A stretch of DNA of 59,843 nt from Candidatus Aminicenantes bacterium (lineage in GTDB: Bacteria; Acidobacteriota; Aminicenantia; Aminicenantales; Saccharicenantaceae): the NCBI GenBank assembly GCA_016867635.1, contig VGJC01000002.1, forward strand, positions 1-59,843, read 5' to 3'. Position 1 is the first letter of the stretch; each line of letters begins with the position of its first letter. Below, piece after piece: positions 1 to 8,615 of the stretch. The notes under the pieces were generated by a model. The model was not told the DNA's origin and did not search any database. It saw only the letters and a list, made by a program, of their open reading frames with translations. The position numbers were made by a program, and so were the translations under genes.

Positions 1-192
1 TCCCGCCCCGGCAGCTCCCAAGCCCGCGGCTCCCGCGCCGGCGCCTCTGAAGCCTGCGGCCCCCAAGCCCGCGGCTCCCGCCCCGGCAGCTCCCAAGCCC
101 GCGACTCCCGCGCCGGCGCCCCCGAAACCTACGGCCCCCAAGCCCGCGGCTCCCGCCCCGGCAGCTCCCAAGCCTGCGGCCCCCAAGCCGCG
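1..192 (+). repeat. In-frame 75-nt tandem repeat (2 full copies plus one internally shortened copy) encoding a 25-aa [25 protein letters not shown]-type unit inside infB
   Basis: TCCCGCCCCGGCAGCTCCCAAGCC recurs at nt 1, 76 and 151. Copies 1 and 2 differ at only a few positions. The array reaches the window edge, so more copies may lie upstream. Confidence 0.85.
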
Positions 193-1933
193 TGCCCAAG
201 TCCGGCTCAGGGAAGGGCTGCGCCTCAAGGAAGCGGCCGAGCTGATGAAGATCAAGCCCAAGGATCTCCTGGAAAAGCTGAGGGCCAAGAGCTTTGCCGC
301 CGACCTCAGCGAGTTCGTCGACGCCGAGCTGGCCGCGGCCATCACCCGCTCAACGAGCATCGACGCCGAGTTCGTGACCCTCGAAGAGGGGATGCGGCGT
401 CAGGGCGAAGGGCGGGCCGAAGACCTCGTCCCGCGCGCCCCCGTCGTCACCATCATGGGCCACGTCGACCACGGCAAGACGACATTGCTCGACGCCATCC
501 GGTCTTCCAATCTCGTCGACAAGGAGTCGGGAGGCATCACCCAGCATATCGGCGCCTACCGGGTCGCGGTCAAGAACCGGTCGATCACGTTCGTCGACAC
601 TCCGGGCCATGAAGCCTTCACGCAGCTCCGGGCGCGCGGAGCGAAGGTCACGGACATCGTCGTCCTGGTCGTGGCCGCCGACGACGGGGTCATGCCCCAG
701 ACCAAGGAAGCCATTGACCACGCCAAAGCCGCCGGCGTTCCCATCATCGTGGCCATCAACAAGATCGACAAGCCGGAAGCCAACGTGGACCGCGTCAAGC
801 AGCAGCTGTCCAAGGAAGACCTCCTCGTCGAGGACTGGGGCGGCAAGACCATCAGCGTCGAAGTTTCGGCCCGGGACGGGAAGAACATCGGCGACCTGCT
901 GGAGATGATCCTCCTCCTCAGCGACATCCTCGAGATCAAGTCCGATCCCCGCGTCCCGGCCCAAGGCGTCATCCTCGAGGCGCGTCTCGACAGCCAGAAG
1001 GGCCCGATCGCCACCGTGATCGTCCAGCAGGGGACCCTGGCCGCCGGTCAGGCCTTCGTCTCGGGCAAGACCATGGGCAAGGTCCGGGCCCTTTTCGATG
1101 AGCACGGACAAGGGTTGAAAAGCGCCGGCCCGTCGATGCCGGCCGGCGTCATGGGCTTTTCCGAAGTCCCGGCCGCGGGCGATCTCTTCCAGGTCCTGGA
1201 AAGCCTGCCGGCGGCCAAGCAGGTCGTCGACTACAGGAGGTCCCTGTCCAAGAGACAGGAATCCGGCATGCCGGGGACGTTCACTCTCGATGAGCTCTTC
1301 AAGAGGATCGAAGGCGGCCAAGCCAAAGAGCTGGCCCTGATCCTCAAGGCCGACGTCCAGGGGTCCATTGAGGTCCTGACGGAAACCGTCCCCTCCTTGA
1401 GCACCGAGAAGGTCACCATCAAGATCGTCCATGCCGCCTCCGGGGCCATCACCGAAGCCGACGTTCTTCTGGCCTCGGCCTCCAAGGCCGTCATCATCGG
1501 TTACAACGTCAAGCCGGGCCCCAAGGTCCTCGAGTTGGCCAAGGACGAGGGCGTCGAGATCCGCGTCTACAAGGTCATCTACCAGCTCACGGACGACATC
1601 AAAAAGGCCGTCATCGGCCTGCTCGAACCCGTGATCAAGGAGACCTTCCAAGGACGGGCCGAGGTCCGGCGGGTCTTTCAGATCCCCAAGATCGGGTCCA
1701 TCGCCGGCTGCATCGTCAAGGACGGGAGGATCGTGCGCAACGCCGAGGCCCGGATCCTCCGCGGCCGGCAGGTCATCTTCCAAGGGCGGATCTCCTCGCT
1801 CAAGCACCTCAAGGAGAACGTCACCGAGGTCAAGAAGGACTATGAGTGCGGGATCGGCCTCGACAAGTTCGGGGACTTCCAGCCCGGCGACGTCATCGAA
1901 ACGTTCATCCTGGAAAAGATCAAAGCCGTCTAG
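2..1933 (+). CDS. infB: Translation initiation factor IF-2 (5' end cut by window edge; Pro/Ala/Lys-rich N-terminal linker, GTPase and C-terminal domains)
   Basis: Frame 2 is open from nt 2 ([15 protein letters not shown]...) and runs into listed ORF 245..1933. G-domain motifs [17 protein letters not shown] are present. It is followed by the conserved DUF503-rbfA-truB neighbourhood. Confidence 0.95.
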   Translation, partial: PAPAAPKPAAPAPAPLKPAAPKPAAPAPAAPKPATPAPAPPKPTAPKPAAPAPAAPKPAAPKPRAQVRLREGLRLKEAAELMKIKPKDLLEKLRAKSFAADLSEFVDAELAAAITRSTSIDAEFVTLEEGMRRQGEGRAEDLVPRAPVVTIMGHVDHGKTTLLDAIRSSNLVDKESGGITQHIGAYRVAVKNRSITFVDTPGHEAFTQLRARGAKVTDIVVLVVAADDGVMPQTKEAIDHAKAAGVPIIVAINKIDKPEANVDRVKQQLSKEDLLVEDWGGKTISVEVSARDGKNIGDLLEMILLLSDILEIKSDPRVPAQGVILEARLDSQKGPIATVIVQQGTLAAGQAFVSGKTMGKVRALFDEHGQGLKSAGPSMPAGVMGFSEVPAAGDLFQVLESLPAAKQVVDYRRSLSKRQESGMPGTFTLDELFKRIEGGQAKELALILKADVQGSIEVLTETVPSLSTEKVTIKIVHAASGAITEADVLLASASKAVIIGYNVKPGPKVLELAKDEGVEIRVYKVIYQLTDDIKKAVIGLLEPVIKETFQGRAEVRRVFQIPKIGSIAGCIVKDGRIVRNAEARILRGRQVIFQGRISSLKHLKENVTEVKKDYECGIGLDKFGDFQPGDVIETFILEKIKAV

Positions 1934-1951
1934 GGATACGGGAGGGCTCCC

Positions 1952-2233
1952 ATGGTCGTCGGTGTCCTGGTCCTCGAGCTGTTCTTCCCCCACGCCCGGT
2001 CCCTGAAGGACAAACGGAGCGTGCTCCGCGGATTCAAGGACCGGGTCCGGAGCCGCTACCACGCGGCCGTCGCCGAGATCGACCATCAGGACAAATGGCA
2101 GCGGGCCCTGGTCGGGGTCGCGACCCTCAACAGTCAGCCCAAGGTCGTCGAGGACCTTCTCGCCAGGGTCCTCTCCGACGCCCGGAGCCTCGAGGGGGCC
2201 GAGGTCGCCGGACAGGAGATCCGCTATTTCTAG
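1952..2233 (+). CDS. DUF503 (YlxP-like) small protein
   Basis: 93-aa ORF between infB and rbfA, the usual position of DUF503/YlxP. The N-terminus ...LELFFPHARSLKDKRSV... resembles the family. Confidence 0.75.
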   Translation: MVVGVLVLELFFPHARSLKDKRSVLRGFKDRVRSRYHAAVAEIDHQDKWQRALVGVATLNSQPKVVEDLLARVLSDARSLEGAEVAGQEIRYF

Positions 2234-2255
2234 CCCGAAGACCCCCCGCACGACG

Positions 2256-2609
2256 ATGAAAAGACCGGGCTTCCGCACCCGCCGCGTCGCGGAGCTGATC
2301 CAGGAGGAGCTCGGACGCCTCCTCATCCGCGACTTCCAGGACGCCTCTTCAGGGCTCCTGACCGTGACCGCGGTGGAAGTGACCCCCGACCTGCTGACGG
2401 CCCGTGTCCTCCTGAGCGTTTTCGGGAACCAGGATCCGGAGGCCCTTCTCGAAAAGCTGGAAAAGAGCAAGGGGGCCCTTCGCAAGGCCCTTGCCTCCCG
2501 GGTCAAATTGAAGTATAATCCGCGACTATTTTTCGTCCTGGACAGGAGCCCCGAGCTCCAGGACAGGATCGACCGGTTGATCGATAAGGTGAGGGAACAT
2601 GACGACTGA
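2256..2609 (+). CDS. rbfA: Ribosome-binding factor A
   Basis: 117 aa with N-terminal RxxRVAELIQEEL pattern. Position in the infB-rbfA-truB operon fits. Confidence 0.9.
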   Translation: MKRPGFRTRRVAELIQEELGRLLIRDFQDASSGLLTVTAVEVTPDLLTARVLLSVFGNQDPEALLEKLEKSKGALRKALASRVKLKYNPRLFFVLDRSPELQDRIDRLIDKVREHDD

Positions 2610-3591
2610 CCCCCGGGAGCGCATCGCCGCGAGGATCAAAGCGTCCCGGCGCATCGCCGTGACCTCCCACCTCCGGCCTGACGGCGACTCTCTGTGCACC
2701 GCGCTGGCTCTGGCCCGGGCCTGCGAGATGCTGGGGAAAGAGGCGGCCATCATCAACCGGGACGAAACCCCCGTGCCGTTCACCAGTTTCCCCGAGACGC
2801 ACCGGATCCGGATCGGACAGATCGACGCCTCGGAGTTCGACACCGTCGTCCTTCTCGAATGCGCCGACGTTTCCCGGTCGGGACAGGAGGGCCTCCAGGG
2901 CGCCTACAAGATCAACATCGACCACCACTACTCGAACACCCCCTACGCCGATATCAACTGGATCGATCCCGAGGCCCCCGCCGTCGGGGAAATGGCCTTC
3001 GAGCTCTGCCCTTTCCTGGGGGTCACGCCGACCCCGGAGATCGCCGAGCTTCTCTATTGCGCCATCGCCTCGGACACGGGATCGTTCCAGTTCTCCAACA
3101 CGACGGCCCGGGCCCTGGGCGCCTCGACCGAGCTCGTCCGCCTCGGCGCCAGCCCCATCCGGGTGTCGGAGAGGCTATTCAACAACAACCCGCCGGAAAA
3201 GATCCGTCTCCTCGGAAGGGTCCTCTCCACCCTGACCATGAACGAGCGCGGCAACCTCGCCTGCATCAGCATGTTCAGGGGCGACGTCGAGTCGCTGAAC
3301 ATGAGCGCCGTCGACACGGAGGACATGACGACCCTGGCCAGGTCCATCCGAGGCGTCGAAATGGTCCTTTTTTTCAAGGAGATGAGCCCCGAGACCTTTC
3401 GGGTCAGCCTGAGGTCGAAGGGCCGGGCCAACGCCGCCCGGGTCGCCGAACACTTCGGGGGGGGCGGACATGTCCACGCCTCCGGATTCACGGTCTACGG
3501 ACCCTATGAGCGGCTCATCGCGGAAATCCCCAGGGCCGTGGAAGCCCTCCTGTCCGACATGTCGGACAAAGACGGCCCGGCATCGGGCTGA
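2599..3591 (+). CDS. nrnA: DHH/DHHA1 phosphoesterase (NrnA-like oligoribonuclease / pAp phosphatase)
   Basis: Motifs HLRPDGDS, NIDHH and GGGGH (DHHA1). Overlaps the rbfA stop by 11 nt. Confidence 0.85.
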   Translation: MTTDPRERIAARIKASRRIAVTSHLRPDGDSLCTALALARACEMLGKEAAIINRDETPVPFTSFPETHRIRIGQIDASEFDTVVLLECADVSRSGQEGLQGAYKINIDHHYSNTPYADINWIDPEAPAVGEMAFELCPFLGVTPTPEIAELLYCAIASDTGSFQFSNTTARALGASTELVRLGASPIRVSERLFNNNPPEKIRLLGRVLSTLTMNERGNLACISMFRGDVESLNMSAVDTEDMTTLARSIRGVEMVLFFKEMSPETFRVSLRSKGRANAARVAEHFGGGGHVHASGFTVYGPYERLIAEIPRAVEALLSDMSDKDGPASG

Positions 3592-3611
3592 CCGCCCCCC
3601 GAAAAGCCGTT

Positions 3612-4523
3612 ATGGACGGCCTGATCATCGTCGACAAGCCCGCCGGGCCCACCTCCCACGACATCGTCCAGAAGGTGAGGAAGCTTGTGGGCCTCCGCCG
3701 GGTCGGACACGGGGGAACGCTCGATCCCGACGCCACCGGCGTGCTGCTCGTCACCGTCGGCCAGGCGACCCGTTTCTTTCCCTACCTCTCCGGGCACGAC
3801 AAGTCCTACGAAGGAGCGATCCGGCTCGGTTTCGCGACGGATACCTACGATTCCTCAGGCCGGCCAACATCCCCCGAGAGCCTGGATCTGCCAACCGCCG
3901 AAGACCTCTCCAGGGCCATGAAGAACATGGAAGCGAAGGTCTTGCAGACGCCTCCCGCCTACTCCGCCAAGAAGGTCGACGGGACACCCGGCTACAGGCT
4001 GGCCAGGGCCGACAAAGAGTTCACCCTGAAGCCGGTCCCTGTCCACGTCCGGGTTTTCGAGGCCCTCGAATATCGCCCCCCGCTGGTCATCTTCAGGGTC
4101 GTTTGTTCATCCGGCACCTACATCCGGTCCCTGGCCCACGACTTGGGACGGGATCTGGGGTGTGGGGCCCATCTTCACACCCTCCGCCGGACATCCGTCG
4201 GGCCCTACACGCTCGAAATGGCCAATCCCCTCGTCCGGATCGAGGAAACGGCCGCCGCGGGCGAGCTTTCCTCGGTCGTCCTGCCCCTGGAAAAGCTCCT
4301 TCTCCACTTTCCGGCCGCCGTCGTCAGCCCCGAAGCCGTCCACCGGGTCCGGAACGGCGCGCAGATCTCTCCGGTCCATCTGGCATCGGGCTTCCCGGAA
4401 GGAGCCGCCTCTCCGCCGGGATCGGCGCTCTGCCGGCTGCTCGACGGCGACGGCCGCTTCCTGGCCCTGGCCAAATTTTCCCCTGACGGGGAAAGCCTCC
4501 GGCCCATCCTGGTCATCGGCTAA
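3612..4523 (+). CDS. truB: tRNA pseudouridine(55) synthase TruB
   Basis: GLIIVDKPAGPTSHD and HGGTLDPDATGVL catalytic-Asp motif, with a C-terminal PUA-like region. Confidence 0.93.
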   Translation: MDGLIIVDKPAGPTSHDIVQKVRKLVGLRRVGHGGTLDPDATGVLLVTVGQATRFFPYLSGHDKSYEGAIRLGFATDTYDSSGRPTSPESLDLPTAEDLSRAMKNMEAKVLQTPPAYSAKKVDGTPGYRLARADKEFTLKPVPVHVRVFEALEYRPPLVIFRVVCSSGTYIRSLAHDLGRDLGCGAHLHTLRRTSVGPYTLEMANPLVRIEETAAAGELSSVVLPLEKLLLHFPAAVVSPEAVHRVRNGAQISPVHLASGFPEGAASPPGSALCRLLDGDGRFLALAKFSPDGESLRPILVIG

Positions 4524-4607
4524 GGCCCCTCCGCCGGGCCAGGAGTGGCCGGCTGTCTTCAAATCGTCCTTGAATTTTCGGCAAACCTATTGTATTGTAT
4601 TCAGGTT

Positions 4608-4886
4608 ATGCGGCTCAACAAGAACCAGATCGAGCATCTCGGATCGATGATCCTGCGCAACCTGACCAAGGAAGCCAAGCTGATCATGGAAGACAGGACC
4701 CGTCTGCTCGAAGAGATCACGAGCCTCCTCACCGAGGAGTTCCAGAAGGAGGACCGCCTCGATCAGGAGGTCCGGGAGCTGCTCAGCAAGCACATGGAGA
4801 AGATCCGCCGGGAGAACATCGAATACCAGCAGATGTTCAAGATGATCAAGACCAAGCTGGCCCGGGAAAAGGGGATCGTTCTATGA
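4608..4886 (+). CDS. DUF507 family protein (paralogue 1)
   Basis: Start set at ATG 4608 (MRLNKNQIEHL...). The listed ORF starts further upstream at 4545 in the AT-rich promoter-like tract. The protein is charged and helical and resembles the downstream paralogue. Confidence 0.65.
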   Translation: MRLNKNQIEHLGSMILRNLTKEAKLIMEDRTRLLEEITSLLTEEFQKEDRLDQEVRELLSKHMEKIRRENIEYQQMFKMIKTKLAREKGIVL

Positions 4887-5173
4887 GCGGCCGGCTGTCC
4901 CGGGAGAAGATCAACTATCTCTCGCGTCAGATCCTGTCCGTCCTCGAAAAGGACGATCTGGTCGACTTCCTGGACGACCCCAACGAGATCCGGCTCATCA
5001 TCGTCAAGTCCATCGAAGAAGAGATGAAGCTCTACGAAGCCCTGGACAGGAAGGCCATCGACAAGATCCAATCGCAGAAGAAGGCCATCGAGGAAGGCTC
5101 CCGGGAGTGGGAGATCCTCTACCGCAAGTATTACAACGACGAGCTGGCCAAGCTCGGCAAGTTCAGCGACTGA
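4883..5173 (+). CDS. DUF507 family protein (paralogue 2)
   Basis: ATG 4883 overlaps the TGA of the previous gene (ATGA). MSGRLSREKINYLSRQILSVL... parallels the N-terminus of paralogue 1. The upstream part of listed ORF 4595..5173 is a shadow frame. Confidence 0.65.
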   Translation: MSGRLSREKINYLSRQILSVLEKDDLVDFLDDPNEIRLIIVKSIEEEMKLYEALDRKAIDKIQSQKKAIEEGSREWEILYRKYYNDELAKLGKFSD

Positions 5174-5265
5174 GCCCCGCCGGCTCAGGGACGCTCCTCT
5201 CCCCGCTCACCCCCGTTCGTTCGGCCATTCTGAAACCAAGGCAACCCGGAAACGGGAGATGAACC

Positions 5266-5299
5266 AAAAAAAAGGGCCAGGGAACACGCTCCCTGGCCC
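5266..5299 (-). terminator. Rho-independent terminator of the PKD/beta-barrel gene
   Basis: Perfect 10-bp stem GGGCCAGGGA (5274-5283) / TCCCTGGCCC (5290-5299) with a 6-nt loop. On the minus-strand RNA it is followed by a U8 tract (A8 at 5266-5273 on plus). It lies 29 nt downstream of the stop at 5328. Confidence 0.75.
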
Positions 5300-5327
5300 T
5301 CGGTCAGATCCGATCGAAGGGGTTCGA

Positions 5328-6797
5328 TCAGAACACGAAGCGGAACCCGATGCCGCTCTTGTAGTTGTGATCGAAGGACCGCCCCACCGGCGCCCGGAAC
5401 TCGAAGAAGATCGAGCCCTTGCTGGTCCAGTTGTCGAAGACGTTGAAACCGGCCTGGCCGATCAGGTCCAGGCCCGACTTGTGGTTGTCGTCGGTCGGCT
5501 GGGTCGCGGGGCTGAAGCCCAATCCCGTACCGAGGTAGTACTGCTTGAAGTGCCCGTTGAACAGGGCCTCGACGGTGTACACGAACTTCCAGGGGTCTCC
5601 CTTGAACGGGATGCCGCCGCCGCCGGTGAAGGTGAGGCTCCACTTGTCGGGGTTGAGCCAGTAGAACAGGCCCGCCCTCAAGAAACCGTAGATAGCGGTG
5701 CTGCCGCCGTAAAGGCCCGGGCCGCCGGCGACCTGCCAGAAGAACCTCCTCTGGGTCACCTCGAACGTCACGCGGCACGGATCGGAAGCGGCCGACTGGG
5801 CGCCGTCGTTGTCGAAGACCGTGACGTTGATGGTATAGGTCCCGGCCTTGCTGAAGACCTTCTCCCAGAGCCAGGGTTTCCGGGTCGTGACGCAGGTGTC
5901 GATGACGTTACCCTGGTCGTCGAGGAGCTCGAAGACGACCTTCGCGATCTGTCCGTCGGGGTCGCTGGAGCCGGAGGCGTCGAACGTGATGGGCCGGCCC
6001 ACGTAGTCCTCGCAGGGCAGACACGAGGTCCAGAGCTTGCAGATGGGCGGGAAGTTGATGGACACCTTGGCCTCGCAGGGGTTGACGGAGGCGACGCCTT
6101 CCATGTTGACCGCCGAGCCCTTGAAGGAATACTCGCCGGGCCGGTCGAACTTCGTCTGCCACTTGGGCGACTGCGGGGTCAGCTCCTGGGTGGCCATCTT
6201 CTGGCCCTGGGCGTCATAGACCTCGACGGTCATGCTCTTGGCGAACTGAGTGCCGCTCATGTCGACGGTGATCGGGTCGTTGGCGTTGGCCCTCTCGGGG
6301 ACGACGACCAGGCTGCAAACGGCCGGCGGGATGGCATCCTCGACCCCCATGAGGGCCAGGTTGCCGCACTCCTTGGGGATGACGAAATGGTAGATCTTCC
6401 AGTCTTTCTTGATGTCGATCTTGAAGATCGGCAGGGCCTCCTTGCCGGCCCACTCGATGTCGCGAGCGACCTTGACCTGCCCGTGGGACTTGAACAGCAT
6501 CCACATCAAGCGGCCCCCGACGGGAAGGGTGGCGTCCTCGAATCCAACCGTCGGCAGCTGTTCCATGAACGGCTGGTAGAGGTCCGGGTGCCCGGCCAGG
6601 TCGAAACCCGTCTTCACGTCGGAAGAATAGCGGGCGAACAGCGTCCTCATGACTTCGGGTGTCGGGACCTGACCCTTGACCTCGACGAATGTATAGAGCC
6701 CGATCCGTCTGAGCTTGGTCGTCTGGGCGAAAGCCGTGGCTGTGACCAAGACCAAAACGGCTAAGGCGAGGAAAATCACCACATTTCTTTTTCTCAT
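5328..6797 (-). CDS. Exported protein with PKD/Ig-like repeats and a C-terminal outer-membrane beta-barrel-like domain
   Basis: Signal peptide MRKRNVVIFLALAVLVLVTATAFAQ. PKD-like segment ...ITFDASGSSDPDGQI...YTINVTVFDNDG.... The Gly/aromatic-rich last ~140 aa end in ...GFRFVF (OMP C-terminal Phe signature). RBS GAGGAGG lies upstream of ATG 6797. Confidence 0.8.
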   Translation of the reverse strand: MRKRNVVIFLALAVLVLVTATAFAQTTKLRRIGLYTFVEVKGQVPTPEVMRTLFARYSSDVKTGFDLAGHPDLYQPFMEQLPTVGFEDATLPVGGRLMWMLFKSHGQVKVARDIEWAGKEALPIFKIDIKKDWKIYHFVIPKECGNLALMGVEDAIPPAVCSLVVVPERANANDPITVDMSGTQFAKSMTVEVYDAQGQKMATQELTPQSPKWQTKFDRPGEYSFKGSAVNMEGVASVNPCEAKVSINFPPICKLWTSCLPCEDYVGRPITFDASGSSDPDGQIAKVVFELLDDQGNVIDTCVTTRKPWLWEKVFSKAGTYTINVTVFDNDGAQSAASDPCRVTFEVTQRRFFWQVAGGPGLYGGSTAIYGFLRAGLFYWLNPDKWSLTFTGGGGIPFKGDPWKFVYTVEALFNGHFKQYYLGTGLGFSPATQPTDDNHKSGLDLIGQAGFNVFDNWTSKGSIFFEFRAPVGRSFDHNYKSGIGFRFVF

Positions 6798-6895
6798 TAT
6801 GGTCCTCCTCGATGATGAACTGGCATCTCTTCTTATATGTGAGACCGAGCCCCTCTGTCAAGCAAAATCAACGGGTTCCGCCGGTCCCGGGCGGA

Positions 6896-7585
6896 TCAGC
6901 CAAGGAAGGCCCTGACGATCCGGGAAATGAACCCGGAATCGCGCGGGAGGGACGATAAAGCCTCGAGGAGGGCTTCCCGGCCCTTGAATCCGCGGTCGAT
7001 GAGATCCCCGAGGAACCTTACGCCCGTGGCGATGTCCACTTCGGGGTGGCATTGGAGCCCCCAGACAGGCTTCCCCCTTACCCGGAAGGCCTGCACGGGA
7101 CAGGGATCCGAGGAGGCCAGGACCTCGAACGATCCGGGGAGATCGCGGACTTCGTCATAGTGGACGGAGAACGTGAAGAATTCCCCCGGGGGGCCCAGCA
7201 GGTCGTTGCCACGGACGACACGGACCGGGATCCAGCCGATCTCGGGACTGGCGCATCGTCTCACGTGGCTTGGCCCGGCCAGGGCGAACGCCAGGAGTTG
7301 ATGGCCCCAGCAACTGCCCAGGACCGAAGCGCCTTTCCGGACAGCCTCCCTGACGACCGCGGCCTCCTCCTCCACCCAGTCCTCGCGCTCGAGGATGGAG
7401 GCTTCAGAGCCCGTCAGGATCAGGTGGGTGTACGCGCCCGGGTCCGGGAACCGCCCCTCCCGGGCCGTGAACGCATCGGCCTCCACGGGCAGGCAGCGGT
7501 TCCAATGCTCGACGGGACGGTAGAGCGCGGGATCGATGGAATTGTCGATGATGGCCACCTTGCGGCTCTGACTTTTGTCCGTCAT
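6896..7585 (-). CDS. Class I (type 1) glutamine amidotransferase domain protein
   Basis: Nucleophile elbow GSCWGHQLL and downstream LQCHPEV (His-Glu of the triad). At 229 aa it is a stand-alone GATase1. Confidence 0.8.
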   Translation of the reverse strand: MTDKSQSRKVAIIDNSIDPALYRPVEHWNRCLPVEADAFTAREGRFPDPGAYTHLILTGSEASILEREDWVEEEAAVVREAVRKGASVLGSCWGHQLLAFALAGPSHVRRCASPEIGWIPVRVVRGNDLLGPPGEFFTFSVHYDEVRDLPGSFEVLASSDPCPVQAFRVRGKPVWGLQCHPEVDIATGVRFLGDLIDRGFKGREALLEALSSLPRDSGFISRIVRAFLG

Positions 7586-7708
7586 GCGGGTCTCTCCCCG
7601 GCGATCCTCCCGGAGCTCTTATTGTAGGCTAACTCGCTCCTTTTGTGAACGGGCCAGGCCGGCGGAGCGGGCCCTTGGAAATCTCACGTGTCTTTTTTGC
7701 AGGGAATC

Positions 7709-7717
7709 TGGTATAAT
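7709..7717 (+). promoter_or_regulatory. Extended -10 promoter element (TGgTATAAT) upstream of the ACT-domain gene
   Basis: TG at 7709-7710 and TATAAT at 7712-7717, about 26 nt upstream of GTG 7743 and its AAAGGAGA RBS. Confidence 0.4.
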
Positions 7718-7742
7718 CCGGCATCTTAAAGGAGAACACGCC

Positions 7743-8138
7743 GTGACATCTGTCAACGAGGATACCGAACTCATCGTCAGCACGCCCGACGAGCCCGGCA
7801 TCTTCGGCCGGGTCTTGGGCACGCTGGCCAACGCCGGGGTCAATGTCAAGGCCCTTTATGTCCGTTCGGAAGAGAACACGGGCCACTTTCACCTCGTGAC
7901 CTCGGACCCGAAAAAGGCCCAAACCGCCCTGCGGACCCTGGGATTCAAGGTCAGGACGAAAAAGGTCATCACGGTCCTGGTCACGGACCGGATCGGCGTC
8001 GGGGCCGAGATCGGCGCCCTTCTCGGCAACGCCGTCATCGATATCCGCTACTCCTACGGCTCTTCGTCGGGAGAGGGCAAAACCCTCCTCGTTTTTCAGA
8101 CGAGCCACAACAAAAAGGCCTTCGAAACCCTGAAGTAG
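7743..8138 (+). CDS. Tandem ACT-domain protein
   Basis: GTG 7743 is preceded by RBS AAAGGAGA. Two ACT-like repeats are visible (...LIVSTPDEPGIFGRVLGTLANAGVNV... and ...VLVTDRIGVGAEIGALLGNAVIDI...). The upstream part of listed ORF 7575..8138 overlaps the divergent promoter region. Confidence 0.7.
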   Translation: MTSVNEDTELIVSTPDEPGIFGRVLGTLANAGVNVKALYVRSEENTGHFHLVTSDPKKAQTALRTLGFKVRTKKVITVLVTDRIGVGAEIGALLGNAVIDIRYSYGSSSGEGKTLLVFQTSHNKKAFETLK

Positions 8139-8155
8139 AGAGGCCGATAAATCCG

Positions 8156-8184
8156 TTGACAAGACCGGCCCGTTGTCCTAGAAT
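8156..8184 (+). promoter_or_regulatory. Sigma70-type promoter TTGACA-17-TAGAAT for the ExbD/TolR gene
   Basis: TTGACA 8156-8161, 17-nt spacer, TAGAAT 8179-8184. RBS AAGGAGG lies 5 nt before ATG 8216. Confidence 0.55.
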
Positions 8185-8215
8185 ATCTTCTTAGTGTTGT
8201 ATCAAGGAGGCTCGT

Positions 8216-8602
8216 ATGTCTAAAGCCGAACCCAATGTCGTTCCGTTGTGCGACATCCTGCTGGTTCTTCTCATCATCTTCATGGTCATCACGCCCCTCG
8301 TCCAGAAAGGCATAGATGTCAAGCTGCCCGAGACCCAAGCCGATTCGTCCGGCGGCGGCCAGCCGACCGGGCTGATCGTTCTGACCATCAAAGACGGCGA
8401 CGCGATCGAGATCAACAACATCAATTACGAGATGCGCGGCCTTCTCGAAGAGCTGCGGCGCCTGTACTCGACGCGCCAGGACAAGACGATCTTTATCCGC
8501 GCCTTCGCCAAGCTGTCCTTCGCCAAGGTCATGGAAGTCCTCGACATCGCCCGCGGCGCGGGTGTCGAAACGCTGGCCCTCATCCCCGAGTATATCGAGT
8601 AG
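8216..8602 (+). CDS. Biopolymer transport protein ExbD/TolR family
   Basis: 128 aa. N-terminal PNVVPLCDILLVLLIIFMV single TM helix followed by a periplasmic domain, typical ExbD/TolR architecture. Confidence 0.85.
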   Translation: MSKAEPNVVPLCDILLVLLIIFMVITPLVQKGIDVKLPETQADSSGGGQPTGLIVLTIKDGDAIEINNINYEMRGLLEELRRLYSTRQDKTIFIRAFAKLSFAKVMEVLDIARGAGVETLALIPEYIE

Positions 8603-8615
8603 CCCGGCTTATTCC

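Noticed and set aside
350-2506. 718-aa ORF antisense to infB/DUF503/rbfA. Similar very long alternative-frame ORFs occur at 17609..20248, 40025..42439, 57364..59490, 22098..23018, 9788..10756 and 26912..28054.
   Set aside because: Each overlaps a gene with unmistakable family motifs on the other strand or frame. Their translations are low-complexity and rich in Arg/Gly/Pro/Asp, with no recognisable motifs. In GC-rich DNA, stop codons are rare in non-coding frames, so such shadow ORFs are expected.
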